NCBI GenBank assembly: GCA_905206805.1
Contig: CAJLIR010000003.1
Span: 16,063 to 80,062, forward strand
Reading direction: 5' to 3'
Source of the DNA: an uncultured Bacillales bacterium
Lineage (GTDB): Bacteria; Bacillota_I; Bacilli_A; RF39; UBA660
Length of the DNA stretch: 64,000 nt
The notes under the pieces were generated by a model. That model had not been told where the DNA came from, did no database searches, and saw nothing but the letters and a program-made list of their open reading frames with translations. The position numbers were made by a program, and so were the translations under genes. This document shows positions 19,457 to 29,510 of this stretch, piece after piece. How positions within the stretch are numbered: the stretch's first letter is position 1; every line of letters begins with the position of its first letter.

Positions 19457-19765
19457 AAACAAGTTTGGTTAAATAAAGAAGAAGCTACAAAATTAAAAAA
19501 TAAATCTAAAAAGGTTGGACTCAATGAATCAACTTATATTAGATATTGTATTAATGAGTATCCGATAAGAGAAAAACCTGATGAACAATTTTACGATTAT
19601 CTAAAACTTTTGAGAAATATTAGTAATAATATAAATCAAATTGCAAAAAGAAATAATGCAACAGGAATTTTGGATATATCATCTTATCAAAAAGAACAAG
19701 AAAAATTAGATGATTTTATTTTTAAAATAAAAAAGACATATTTATATCCAAAAACTGAAAAATAA
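19436..19765 (+). CDS. mobC: MobC-family relaxosome accessory protein
   Basis: 109 aa. Ends with a MobC-like helix (LRNISNNINQIAKRNNATG, cf. MobC GNNLNQIAR). It sits directly upstream of the relaxase. Confidence 0.6.
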   Translation: MRTRNIKKQVWLNKEEATKLKNKSKKVGLNESTYIRYCINEYPIREKPDEQFYDYLKLLRNISNNINQIAKRNNATGILDISSYQKEQEKLDDFIFKIKKTYLYPKTEK

Positions 19766-19766
19766 A

Positions 19767-21143
19767 ATGGCTACTACTGGATTATGGAAAATTGCTAGTA
19801 GGCTTGATAAAGTTATAGATTATATTGGTAATGCTGAGAAAACACATAATGAAGAATTTTTAAAAGAGTTGCACAATGTAATAGATTATGCAAAAGCAGA
19901 TTATAAAACAGAAAAACAATATTATGTGTCAGCATTAAATTGTGGAGTAGATACAGCTTTTACAGAAATGATACAAACAAAAAATGGTTTTGGTAAAACT
20001 AATGGCATATTAGGTTATCACGGTTTTCAATCATTTAAAGAAGGTGAAGTAACTCCAGAAATGGCACACGAAATAGGTGTAAGACTTGCTGAAGAAATGT
20101 GGGGAGATAGATTTGAAGTAGTTATAAGTACACACTTAAATACAAATCATATTCACAATCATTTTGTTGTTAATTCTGTTTCATTTAAAGATGGTAAAAA
20201 ATATTATGATAAAAGAGAAACACAAGCAGAGATAAGACATATTTCAGATTCACTTTGTGCTGAATATGGACTTAGTGTATTAGAGGAAAAACCTTGTCGT
20301 AATAGTAGAATAAATTATGCTAATTATTATAAGGGTGTAGTAGCAAGATCAACATATCACTCAACATCAAAAATTGATATAGATCTGGCTATAGGACAAG
20401 CTTATGATTATAAAGATTTTCTTAATTTATTGAGAAATATGAATTATGAAATAACTTGTAGATATGGCAAGTTAAGTGTTAAAAGACCACCATATAAAAG
20501 AAATATAAGAATTGAAAGAAGTTTTGGTGAAGAATATAGCATCGAAAATATTATTAAAAGAATCAAAACTACAACAATGATAAGAGATCCATTTCCAGAA
20601 GCAAAAAATGTATATAAAAAATTTATAAGTAAGTCAGAGTATAAAAAAAATAAAGTTGGTGGAATATATGGACTTTATTTATATTATTGTTATTTGCTAA
20701 AAATTTTCCCACAAGAATATCCAACTAAGAGAATTCCACCCTCAATTAGAGCAGATGTTAAAATAATGGATCAAATATCTGAAGAAACTAGGATGTTAAG
20801 TGAGAAAAAAATTAAAACTTATGATGAACTTAAAGAATATAAAAATTCATTAGAAAATAATTTATCTAAAATTATTGATAAAAAAGAGGATCTGTGGAAA
20901 TTAGAAAAGAAAGTTAATACTCCAGATAAAAAAGAAAGTATTAAACAAACAATTTTAGAATTAAATATGGAAGCAAATTCTTTAAGAAAAGAAATAAAAT
21001 TATGTTCTGGCGTAGAAGAAAGACTTTCAGTAATGTTATCAAAAGTATCCGAAATAGATAAAGAAGAAGTACCAGATCTAATTTCTAAAATGAATTTAAA
21101 ATCAGATAAGAAGGAGGATGAAAAAAATGAACACATCAAGTGA
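19767..21143 (+). CDS. conjugative relaxase (MobA/VirD2-type relaxase/mobilisation nuclease domain)
   Basis: 458 aa. The N-terminal nuclease domain has the His-cluster THLNTNHIHNHFVV (relaxase 3-His motif) and is preceded by MobC. The C-terminal half is a coiled-coil. Confidence 0.8.
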   Translation: MATTGLWKIASRLDKVIDYIGNAEKTHNEEFLKELHNVIDYAKADYKTEKQYYVSALNCGVDTAFTEMIQTKNGFGKTNGILGYHGFQSFKEGEVTPEMAHEIGVRLAEEMWGDRFEVVISTHLNTNHIHNHFVVNSVSFKDGKKYYDKRETQAEIRHISDSLCAEYGLSVLEEKPCRNSRINYANYYKGVVARSTYHSTSKIDIDLAIGQAYDYKDFLNLLRNMNYEITCRYGKLSVKRPPYKRNIRIERSFGEEYSIENIIKRIKTTTMIRDPFPEAKNVYKKFISKSEYKKNKVGGIYGLYLYYCYLLKIFPQEYPTKRIPPSIRADVKIMDQISEETRMLSEKKIKTYDELKEYKNSLENNLSKIIDKKEDLWKLEKKVNTPDKKESIKQTILELNMEANSLRKEIKLCSGVEERLSVMLSKVSEIDKEEVPDLISKMNLKSDKKEDEKNEHIK

Positions 21144-21894
21144 TGCAGCTGAATCAACAGTAAGGATGTGTATGCAAGGTATAGAAATTGCAGCAAAAAT
21201 AACAGGTTCAGGAGCAAAAAATGTAACTGTATTATTATATACAATATTAAAAAATCAAAAACAAACAAAAGGTAAAACATCATTAACTAATATGCTTAAA
21301 ACGAATAAAGAACTTAAAGTCTTTTCATTAAAAGAAGAAGATTTAAAGAAATTTACTGAAGAAGCAAAAGGATATGGTGTTTTATTTTGTGCTTTAATAA
21401 ATAGAAAACACAAAAGTAATGATGGTTTAGTAGATATAATGGTTAGAGCTGAAGATGCATCTAAAATTAACAGAATTATAGAAAGGTTTAAATTGTCAAT
21501 CGTTGATACAGCAAGTATTAGAAGTGAAATATCAAAATCAAAAGAACCTAAAGAAAATGATATTGAAGTGAGTATTGAAGATAAGCTAGTTAACGAAATG
21601 TTATCTAAGCCAATTCAAAAAGAAAATAATGAACAATCAAACCCCTATTTAGCTCAGACAGAAAAAGACCCTCTGTCCGAGACTTTATCAAAGAACAAAA
21701 TGCCTTTAGAGGAGGGTGCTAAAAAGATTGAAAAGCCTTCTGTTAGAGAAGAAATAAAACGCATAGAACAAGAACAAAAAGAAAAATCTAAATTAGATGA
21801 CTCTAAAGAAACAGTTAAAGTTTCAAAAAATAGGGAAACAAAACATACTCAGCCCAAAAATAAAAAGAAAAAAAATAAAGAAAGGAGAATTTGA
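21118..21894 (+). CDS. conjugation-associated protein, PcfB/DUF3801-like (weak)
   Basis: 258 aa. The N-terminal ~130 aa (GYGVLFCALINRK...) resemble the DUF3801 proteins encoded beside coupling-protein genes in Firmicutes conjugative elements. The C-terminus is K/E-rich. Confidence 0.35.
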   Translation: MKKMNTSSDAAESTVRMCMQGIEIAAKITGSGAKNVTVLLYTILKNQKQTKGKTSLTNMLKTNKELKVFSLKEEDLKKFTEEAKGYGVLFCALINRKHKSNDGLVDIMVRAEDASKINRIIERFKLSIVDTASIRSEISKSKEPKENDIEVSIEDKLVNEMLSKPIQKENNEQSNPYLAQTEKDPLSETLSKNKMPLEEGAKKIEKPSVREEIKRIEQEQKEKSKLDDSKETVKVSKNRETKHTQPKNKKKKNKERRI

Positions 21895-22760
21895 ATTTGA
21901 ATATAGATGAAATATTAGAAACTGATTTTCAAGAAAATAATTTTCAAAAAGACTTTAATAAAGAAAAATGGATTAAAGAAAAAAATGGGGAAAGAAATAA
22001 AGTTTATTCATTAATTGATAAAACATCTTTAAAAATAGTACAGGATAGTGAAATGTTTAAAGGTTATTTGAATATTCAGAGTCGATTTGATAAATATTCT
22101 GTTGCTAATGGATTATTAATATATGCACAAATGCCAAGTGCTACTCAATTAAGAGAATATTCCGAGTGGAAAGCAATACCTAATCTCTTTTTTAACGATA
22201 ATAAAAATAGTATATTATTATTAAAAAAAGATAGAAAAAATACTATGCAATTTGTAGTATATAAAATGTTTGATATATCTCAAACAAATATGCCACAGAA
22301 ACAAACACATTCAAAAGTTTTAGATGATCGGATTTTATTGAAAGCATTTATTCACGAAAATCCTACTGAGATTAAAGTTGTGGATGAGTTAACAAGTGGA
22401 TTATTTGTAGAACTAAATGATGATGATAATATTCTGTATATACAAAGGGGAGCAGATCCTAGAGAGATATATCAAGGGATTGTAAGAGAAATTTCCAAAG
22501 TATCATTTGAAACTGATGATCCTAGCATTGCTTCCTTTAAAGCAAAGTGTACATCATATATTGTTTGTAAAAAATATGGTATAGATGTAACAAACTATAG
22601 TTTTAATGATATTCCAAAAGAATTTAAAAATTTATCTTCAAGAGAGATAAGAAAAGAATTAGAGGAAGTTAAAGATGCAACTGAAGAATTTAATAGTAGG
22701 ATTAATAGTTCTTTAGAATCTGCTTTTAAACATCTAAAAAATAAAAGTTATGAAAGATAG
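21891..22760 (+). CDS. hypothetical protein
   Basis: 289-aa ORF; its start overlaps the upstream stop. Confidence 0.4.
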   Translation: MNLNIDEILETDFQENNFQKDFNKEKWIKEKNGERNKVYSLIDKTSLKIVQDSEMFKGYLNIQSRFDKYSVANGLLIYAQMPSATQLREYSEWKAIPNLFFNDNKNSILLLKKDRKNTMQFVVYKMFDISQTNMPQKQTHSKVLDDRILLKAFIHENPTEIKVVDELTSGLFVELNDDDNILYIQRGADPREIYQGIVREISKVSFETDDPSIASFKAKCTSYIVCKKYGIDVTNYSFNDIPKEFKNLSSREIRKELEEVKDATEEFNSRINSSLESAFKHLKNKSYER

Positions 22761-22974
22761 GAGGAAATATTTATGAAAGATAAAATAGAATTGGATAAAT
22801 ATGAAACTGGAATTTTAATTAATTCTTTAAATTCATTTAGAAATGAACAAATAAATCTAAATAAATCACCTGATATTTTAGAACCTATTAATAATTTGTT
22901 GCTTAAATTAATGGATTTTTATGAAAAAAAACCAACTATGTAAAATGTTTGAGGAAAGATAATTATATAAGGTA

Positions 22975-24768
22975 ATGAATAATAATAAAAAAAATAGAAA
23001 AATCATAATAATTCTAGGTATTATACCGACAATTTGGTTTTCTCTTTTAATTTCTCCATCATTAAATGGTGGTTTTCCACAGGTTATTAAAAATATTCCA
23101 CTTATAATTGACAATCCATTTAAGATAACTTGGTGTGAAAATAGTTTAAAAGGGATATTTATTTTTATAATTGTTTATATCTGTATAGTTTGTTTTTATT
23201 TATCCACAAGAAAAAATTACCGAAAAGGTGAAGAACACGGTTCAGCTAGGTGGGGAAATATAAAAGAGGTAAATAAAAAATATTTTCAATCACCTTCTGT
23301 AAATAATAAAATATTAACACAAAATGTTAGTATTGGATTAAATGCTAAAAAACATAGAAGGAACTTAAACACTTTAGTATGTGGTGGATCAGGTGCAGGA
23401 AAAACAAGATTTTTTTGTAAACCTAATGTGTTACAAGCAAATACATCATTTGTAATATTAGATCCTAAGGGTGAAATAGCACGAGATACAGGAACTTTAT
23501 TAGAAAAAGAAGGTTATGAAATTAAAGTATTAGACTTAATTAATATGGAAAAAAGTCATTGTTATAATCCATTTGTATATTTAAAAACGGATAATGATGT
23601 TCAAAAATTAGTAACTAATTTATTTAAGTCAACAACTCCAAAAGGATCATCATCAAGTGATCCATTTTGGGATACGGCAGCTTCTATGTTGTTATTAGCA
23701 CTTATTTTTTATTTAAAATATGAAGCTCCAGATAATGAACAAAATTTTACAATGGTAATGGAAATGTTAAGAGCAGGGCAAATAGAAGATGAAGATAGTC
23801 CTATTCCAAGCACATTAGATATTCTCTTTAATAATTTAGAATTAAAGAATCCAAATCATATAGCAGTTAAGTATTATAAAGATTATCATAGTGGTTCAGC
23901 TAAAACATTAAAGTCAATTCAAATAACTCTTGCTTCTAGGTTGGAGAAATTTAATCTGGAAAGTTTATCAGCACTAACAATTACTGATGAATTAGATCTT
24001 CCCAGTTTGGGAGAAAAGAAAACAGCACTTTTTGCTATAATTCCAGATAATGACACATCATTTAATTTTTTAATTAGTATTTTATATACACAGTTGTTTC
24101 AACAATTATTTTATGTTGCAGATCATAAGTACAGAGGTTCTTTGCCAATCCCTGTACATTTTTTGATGGATGAGTTTGCAAATGTAAGTTTACCGGATGA
24201 TTTTGACAAAATATTAAGTGTTATGCGTTCAAGATCTGTTTCTGTAAGTATAATTCTTCAAAATCTAGCACAATTAAAGGCATTATTTGAAAAACAATGG
24301 GAATCAATAGTTGGTAATTGTGATGAATTTTTATATTTAGGAGGAAATGAACAATCCACACATAAATATGTATCTGAACTCTTAGGTAAAGAAACAATAG
24401 ATATAAATACCTATGGTAAAAGTAAGGGTAGAAATGGCAATTATTCGATTAACTATCAATTAAGTGGCAGAGAATTAATGACACCTGATGAAGTAAGATT
24501 GTTAAATAATGATTATGCAATTTTATTTATAAGAGGTGAAAAACCTATTATAGATTTAAAATATGACATATTAACACATCCAAATATTAAATTAACTCCA
24601 GATGATAAGGGTAAACCTTATGTTCACGGTAGTACATCAAATGCTATTGCAACAATAAATTTTGATGTAGTTAATAATGATTATAAATATGATGAAGTAA
24701 AAGAAATAGAAACTGATTATGAACTATTATCAATAGAAGAAATAGAAGAATATTTGAAAGAGAGGTAA
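22975..24768 (+). CDS. type IV secretion coupling protein (VirD4/TraG/TcpA family)
   Basis: 597 aa. Two N-terminal TM helices, Walker A VCGGSGAGKT, Walker B FLMDEFANV, and the conserved LLALIFYL... helical block. Confidence 0.85.
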   Translation: MNNNKKNRKIIIILGIIPTIWFSLLISPSLNGGFPQVIKNIPLIIDNPFKITWCENSLKGIFIFIIVYICIVCFYLSTRKNYRKGEEHGSARWGNIKEVNKKYFQSPSVNNKILTQNVSIGLNAKKHRRNLNTLVCGGSGAGKTRFFCKPNVLQANTSFVILDPKGEIARDTGTLLEKEGYEIKVLDLINMEKSHCYNPFVYLKTDNDVQKLVTNLFKSTTPKGSSSSDPFWDTAASMLLLALIFYLKYEAPDNEQNFTMVMEMLRAGQIEDEDSPIPSTLDILFNNLELKNPNHIAVKYYKDYHSGSAKTLKSIQITLASRLEKFNLESLSALTITDELDLPSLGEKKTALFAIIPDNDTSFNFLISILYTQLFQQLFYVADHKYRGSLPIPVHFLMDEFANVSLPDDFDKILSVMRSRSVSVSIILQNLAQLKALFEKQWESIVGNCDEFLYLGGNEQSTHKYVSELLGKETIDINTYGKSKGRNGNYSINYQLSGRELMTPDEVRLLNNDYAILFIRGEKPIIDLKYDILTHPNIKLTPDDKGKPYVHGSTSNAIATINFDVVNNDYKYDEVKEIETDYELLSIEEIEEYLKER

Positions 24769-24772
24769 GAAT

Positions 24773-25102
24773 ATGAAGAAAAAAGAAAATTCAATCGAAA
24801 AAAAATTAAAGAAAGGCTATAAATATTATACATTGGCAATCTTAGTAGGATTAGTAACTATTGGAGGAGCAACAAATGTACTAGCAGCTGATGATCCTAT
24901 TTCCGTTGTAAATAATTTATCTAATTTTATTTTTAGTTTAACAAGAGCATTAGGTTTAATTATAACTGGATATGCTGTAGTCCAAATTGGTCTATCATTT
25001 ACTAGCCACGATCCAAGTCAGAGAGCAAACGGATTTATGTTTGTAGCTGGTGGATTAATTATTACATTTGCTAAAGAAATATTAGATTTAATATCAAAAT
25101 AG
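24773..25102 (+). CDS. small two-TM membrane protein, possible VirB2/PrgF-like T4SS component
   Basis: 109 aa: signal/TM, about 25 aa extracellular, then a second TM (LGLIITGYAVVQIGLSF). Position between the T4CP and VirB6-like genes supports the call. Confidence 0.35.
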   Translation: MKKKENSIEKKLKKGYKYYTLAILVGLVTIGGATNVLAADDPISVVNNLSNFIFSLTRALGLIITGYAVVQIGLSFTSHDPSQRANGFMFVAGGLIITFAKEILDLISK

Positions 25103-25123
25103 TTTAACTAGGAGGTGTAGAAC

Positions 25124-25960
25124 TTGTCAAAAAATTGGGTAGTACAAAATATCCAAAATGCACTCGATACGTGGAACGGAAAATTGGGTGAAATATGGAG
25201 TTTAGTAACACAATCACCTCAAACTTTTAAAGGTGGAACGATTTATAATGTTATTACAACGATAAATGGAGCAATGCAGGCAATAGGATTTGCACTTCTT
25301 GTTTTATTTTTTGTTGTAGGAGTAGTAAAAACCTGTAGTTCATTTTCAGAAATAAAAAAACCAGAACACGCTTTAAAATTATTTTTAAGGTTTGCAATAG
25401 CTAAAGGCGTTGTAACTTATGGATTACAATTAATGATGGCAATATTTAATATAGCTCAAGGTATAATTTCAACTATAATTAAAACTTCTGGTATAACACA
25501 AGGTGGAGGAGCTACTATCCCTCAGGAAATGGTACAAGCAATAGAAAATTGTGGATTTTTTGAGAGTATCCCACTTTGGTCTGTTACATTAATTGGAGGT
25601 TTAGTTGTAACTGTGTTATCATTTATAATGATCTTAACAGTATATGGAAGATTTTTTAAATTATATTTATATATTGCTATAGCACCAATCCCACTTTCTA
25701 CAATAGTAAGTGAACCTACTCAAAATGTTAGTAAGAGTTTTCTTAAATCATTTTGTGGAGTATGTTTAGAAGGTGCAATCATTGTTTTGGCGTGTATTAT
25801 ATTTTCACTCTTTGCTTCAGCAGCACCAGTTGTCGATACAAATGCAGCTACCGTAACAATGGTTTGGAAATATATTGGAGAATTGGTCTTTAATATGCTT
25901 GTATTAGTTGGTACAGTAAAAGTATCCGATAGAGTAGTAAGGGAGATGATGGGATTATAA
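25124..25960 (+). CDS. polytopic membrane protein, VirB6/TrbL-like T4SS channel component (putative)
   Basis: 278 aa with at least 5 predicted TM helices. TTG start with RBS TAGGAGG. Confidence 0.4.
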   Translation: MSKNWVVQNIQNALDTWNGKLGEIWSLVTQSPQTFKGGTIYNVITTINGAMQAIGFALLVLFFVVGVVKTCSSFSEIKKPEHALKLFLRFAIAKGVVTYGLQLMMAIFNIAQGIISTIIKTSGITQGGGATIPQEMVQAIENCGFFESIPLWSVTLIGGLVVTVLSFIMILTVYGRFFKLYLYIAIAPIPLSTIVSEPTQNVSKSFLKSFCGVCLEGAIIVLACIIFSLFASAAPVVDTNAATVTMVWKYIGELVFNMLVLVGTVKVSDRVVREMMGL

Positions 25961-26874
25961 TGCAAAAAAATAAGACTAGAGAAATGCTTATAAAAATGTA
26001 TTTAGATTCTTTGAAAGAGGACAAAATGCCTTTTCATAAATCTTGGAATACTCTTGAAAATAGAAATGGTATTACTAATAAGAGATATAGAGGTGAAAAT
26101 TCTTTATTATTATCATTAATTTCAGAAAATGAAAAATACTCTGATCCAAGATGGTACACATTTTTACAAATAAAAAATAAGGGTTGGAAATTAAAGGATG
26201 CTAAAAATAAAGGAGTACCAGTAGAGTTTTGGAGTTGTTATGATAAAATAAGAAAAAGAAAAATAGAATATTCAAAATATCAAGAAATTATAGATGAATT
26301 TCCTGAAAGAAAAAAGGATTTTTCTATAATAAGAGAAGTAAGTTATGTTTATAATGCTAAATATATTGAAGGGTTACCAGAATTTAAAATAGATTATCAA
26401 GATAAAAAAATCGAAATACCTAAGTATATATCAAATATTTTTCATAATTTAAAAATATCATATAAAGAAGAAGGAAATGAAGCTTATTATGATGTTGCTA
26501 ATGATACAATAACATTACCACCATCAACGCGTTTTGAAGATAAATATTCATATTATGCAACACAGCTTCACGAACTAAGCCACGCAAGCGGTTCAAAAAA
26601 TAGATTAAATAGACAGATAGAAAATAAATTTGGTACAGAAGATTATGCAAGGGAAGAATTGATTGCTGAAATTGGTTCTTCTTTTTTGATGTCTAAATTA
26701 AATATAAAAGTAGGTAGTAAACATTATAATAATCATAAATGTTATATACAATCGTGGATAAGAATTTTAGAGGATAATCCTAATGAATTATTTAAAGCAA
26801 TAAATGAAGCAAATAAAGTATTTGATTATTTAGATAAAAATAGTGTAATTAAAATTAAAGATAAAGAAAGGTAA
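25960..26874 (+). CDS. ardC: ArdC-family antirestriction protein (N-terminal ssDNA-binding domain + zincin-like metalloprotease domain)
   Basis: N-terminal block YRGENSLLLSL...DPRWYTFLQIKNKGWKLKDAKNKGVPVEFW is DUF1738-like. The C-terminal block QLHELSHASGSKNRLNR...YAREELIAEIGSSFLMSKL is an HExxH metalloprotease typical of ArdC. Confidence 0.7.
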   Translation: MQKNKTREMLIKMYLDSLKEDKMPFHKSWNTLENRNGITNKRYRGENSLLLSLISENEKYSDPRWYTFLQIKNKGWKLKDAKNKGVPVEFWSCYDKIRKRKIEYSKYQEIIDEFPERKKDFSIIREVSYVYNAKYIEGLPEFKIDYQDKKIEIPKYISNIFHNLKISYKEEGNEAYYDVANDTITLPPSTRFEDKYSYYATQLHELSHASGSKNRLNRQIENKFGTEDYAREELIAEIGSSFLMSKLNIKVGSKHYNNHKCYIQSWIRILEDNPNELFKAINEANKVFDYLDKNSVIKIKDKER

Positions 26875-26882
26875 GTGATATT

Positions 26883-27407
26883 ATGAGAAAACAATATGAT
26901 GATTTTACACAATTAAAATTAAAGGATATGAGTAAGACAATTAGTGATATGACATATAAATACATTAATCCAGATACTCAAACTCCCACTATAGTTCCAG
27001 CAGGACACTATGAAAATATATTAAATCAAATAACAGAAAAATATATGGAGGAAGTTACAAGTAGGCAATTTTTATCAGTAATGTACAATCAATTATCTTC
27101 ATTAAAAAAGGAAGATGAAAAGTATTTTTATCAAGCCTTATTATGTATAGATATGGGAATTAACCCAAAAGATCTAAGAATTAATGAACAGATTGCTTTA
27201 ACTTATACAAATGAGTATATAGGTGAAAAACAACAAGAAGAAAAGAAAAATTTTCATTTATTAAGTGAGGATATTGTTGAAACTTATGAACAATTAAAAA
27301 ATGATCCAGAGTTTCAATCAAAAATTATAAGAGAATCTGATAGATTAGAGCGTCAAGAAGATCAAATGTTTCGTAATAGAAATTATGATTCAAGAGATGA
27401 GAGGTAG
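26883..27407 (+). CDS. hypothetical protein
   Basis: 174-aa ORF after the GAAAGGTAAGTGATATTATG junction. Confidence 0.4.
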   Translation: MRKQYDDFTQLKLKDMSKTISDMTYKYINPDTQTPTIVPAGHYENILNQITEKYMEEVTSRQFLSVMYNQLSSLKKEDEKYFYQALLCIDMGINPKDLRINEQIALTYTNEYIGEKQQEEKKNFHLLSEDIVETYEQLKNDPEFQSKIIRESDRLERQEDQMFRNRNYDSRDER

Positions 27408-27410
27408 ATT

Positions 27411-27650
27411 ATGAATAATAAAGAAAGTTTAGAAAAAGTAGAATTAAATATTTATCATAATTTATGTGATATATCAAAAGTTTGTAGAAAATTCTTCTAT
27501 GAAAGACAATTTGATGGTTTAGGAAATATACCATACAATAATATTAAACAAATATTTAACTATACCAAAAGTTTAACTGAAAATATGAAGACAAGAGAAA
27601 AATATATTAAACTAATTTGTGAGGAAAATAATGGAAGTAAAAATAAATAA
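27411..27650 (+). CDS. hypothetical protein
   Basis: 79-aa ORF. Confidence 0.35.
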   Translation: MNNKESLEKVELNIYHNLCDISKVCRKFFYERQFDGLGNIPYNNIKQIFNYTKSLTENMKTREKYIKLICEENNGSKNK

Positions 27651-27987
27651 GGAAATTAGAAAATTTAGTGAATCTATATTTTTTGGATTATCATTAAGAC
27701 AATTTATATTTTCAGTAATTGCTTGTTTAATGGCAATAGTAATTTATTTTTTATTGCATGGTAAAGTTAATGAAGAAGTAGTTTCTTGGGGTTGTATTTT
27801 AGGTGCAGCCCCTTTTGCTGCTTTAGGTTTTATAACTTATAATGGATTACCAGCTGAAAAAATCTTTTATAGTATTATAAAATCAAAATTTTTAATACCA
27901 AAAAAATTAGTATTTAAACCCACTAATTACTATTATAAATTATTAGAGTTAACATATAGAAAACTAGAGAAGGAAGGATTAAAGTGA
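27631..27987 (+). CDS. small membrane protein, VirB3/PrgI-like (putative)
   Basis: Two-TM hairpin (FIFSVIACLMAIVIYFLL; CILGAAPFAALGFITY). Position just upstream of VirB4, as for VirB3 homologues. Confidence 0.4.
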   Translation: MEVKINKEIRKFSESIFFGLSLRQFIFSVIACLMAIVIYFLLHGKVNEEVVSWGCILGAAPFAALGFITYNGLPAEKIFYSIIKSKFLIPKKLVFKPTNYYYKLLELTYRKLEKEGLK

Positions 27988-28128
27988 AAAATTTTATAGT
28001 TTCAAAAAAGGTTTAAGATATAATATCAATTACTAGATTATAGGAAGTTGGTATTTTTTATAGAGTAAGTTCTATGATTACAAATAACAAACTATTAAAT
28101 AAAGTAAAAAATAAGGAGGAAAAACGTT

Positions 28129-29232
28129 ATGGAAGATTGTTTTGAACTTTATAATAAAAAAGAAATAGAAAAATTAATTAAAGAACAGGAAAAACTTGTT
28201 TATGTTGATGATGGATTTGATGAAGTTATAGTAAGAGTTGAAGATTTACCCGATTTTATAGTAGATGTAAATAATAGAACAGGACAAGGTTCAAATTTAA
28301 TAATATATGATTTTCATAATCCATCAATGACTCCAATAGCAACTACAATAGGATGCCATTTAGATAAATGTGAACCAAAGTTTAGAAGAGAAATTATTGA
28401 AAGACTTGTTGATTTACAAAAAGGGAAAAAAGTAAAAAAATACAAAATAATTGATGAAGTTATGTTTGGAGATGTAAGAGAAAAATTACTCAGTCAAAAA
28501 GTGTTATCGGAATACGGTGATATAGTTGAGTATAAAGGTATGATAGCAGAGATAGAAGACACAAATGATAATAATTATAAAGAAAAAATAGTAAAGCTTT
28601 TTAGTAGTCAAGAAGATTATAATAGTAAAAATTATACTGAAATAATTTCATTAAATAGTATTAATTTAGAGATGAATATTAAAGATTATATTGATACTAA
28701 ATATAGAAATAATATGATAACAAGTGAAAAAGCATATTTCACATTTGTATTAGGATATGATTTATTAAATGATTTGCTTACAAAATCATCTACATCAGAA
28801 AATGATATAAGTTATGATTTTTGCAATATGATAGCAGAACAATTTTTAAAGAGTGAAGAATACAGAAATGAAAAATATTCTTCTTATGAAATGTTAGAAT
28901 ATTGGGTAAATAATAATAAAAATTACATTAAAAATCAACACGATTTATTTTTTGAACAAAAATCAAATAATAAAATAGGAAAATTAGAAGATGGAATAAC
29001 TGTTATTAGTGCTGGCTATCGAAATGAGCAACCTGTTGCATTAGTAAAAAGAGATACTGATTATGGTGTAGAATATGTAGTTGCATTTAATTATGAAATT
29101 AATAACGACCAAATTAATTGGGCTTATGGTAGTTACTATGGCACTGATCTACCAAAAGCAAAACAAGATTTTAATAAAGTTTTAAATGGTGGAAATTTAT
29201 ATAAAACTTTTGACAGAGATGATGAGAGGTGA
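28129..29232 (+). CDS. hypothetical protein (367 aa) within the T4SS cluster
   Basis: Strong RBS AAGGAGG. The C-terminal block ITVISAGYRNEQPVALVKRDTDYGVEYVVAFNY looks like a conserved domain, but no family was recognised. Confidence 0.45.
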   Translation: MEDCFELYNKKEIEKLIKEQEKLVYVDDGFDEVIVRVEDLPDFIVDVNNRTGQGSNLIIYDFHNPSMTPIATTIGCHLDKCEPKFRREIIERLVDLQKGKKVKKYKIIDEVMFGDVREKLLSQKVLSEYGDIVEYKGMIAEIEDTNDNNYKEKIVKLFSSQEDYNSKNYTEIISLNSINLEMNIKDYIDTKYRNNMITSEKAYFTFVLGYDLLNDLLTKSSTSENDISYDFCNMIAEQFLKSEEYRNEKYSSYEMLEYWVNNNKNYIKNQHDLFFEQKSNNKIGKLEDGITVISAGYRNEQPVALVKRDTDYGVEYVVAFNYEINNDQINWAYGSYYGTDLPKAKQDFNKVLNGGNLYKTFDRDDER

Positions 29233-29237
29233 TAGAT

Positions 29238-29510
29238 ATGAGAGATAGAAAAGAAGTTGAAATGATAAAAAAAATGTATCCTATCGGAACAAGAATAAAA
29301 TTAAATTATATGGAAGACAATTTTTCTGTTCCAGCAGGAACAACTGGAACAGTTGATTATGTAGATGATGAAGGACAAATAGGTATGATCTGGGACAATG
29401 GAAGAACATTATCGTTAGTTTATGGAGTTGATAGTTTTTCAAAGATTGAATCCAAAAATGTATGTAAAACAGTAGAAGTGATAGAGTTAAAAAAAGATTA
29501 TGAAAGGTAG
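29238..29510 (+). CDS. small protein, DUF4314-like (weak)
   Basis: GTRIKLNYMEDNFSVPAGTTGTVDYVDDEGQIGMIWDNGRTLSL resembles the small domain often found beside ArdC/methylase genes on Firmicutes ICEs. Confidence 0.35.
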   Translation: MRDRKEVEMIKKMYPIGTRIKLNYMEDNFSVPAGTTGTVDYVDDEGQIGMIWDNGRTLSLVYGVDSFSKIESKNVCKTVEVIELKKDYER

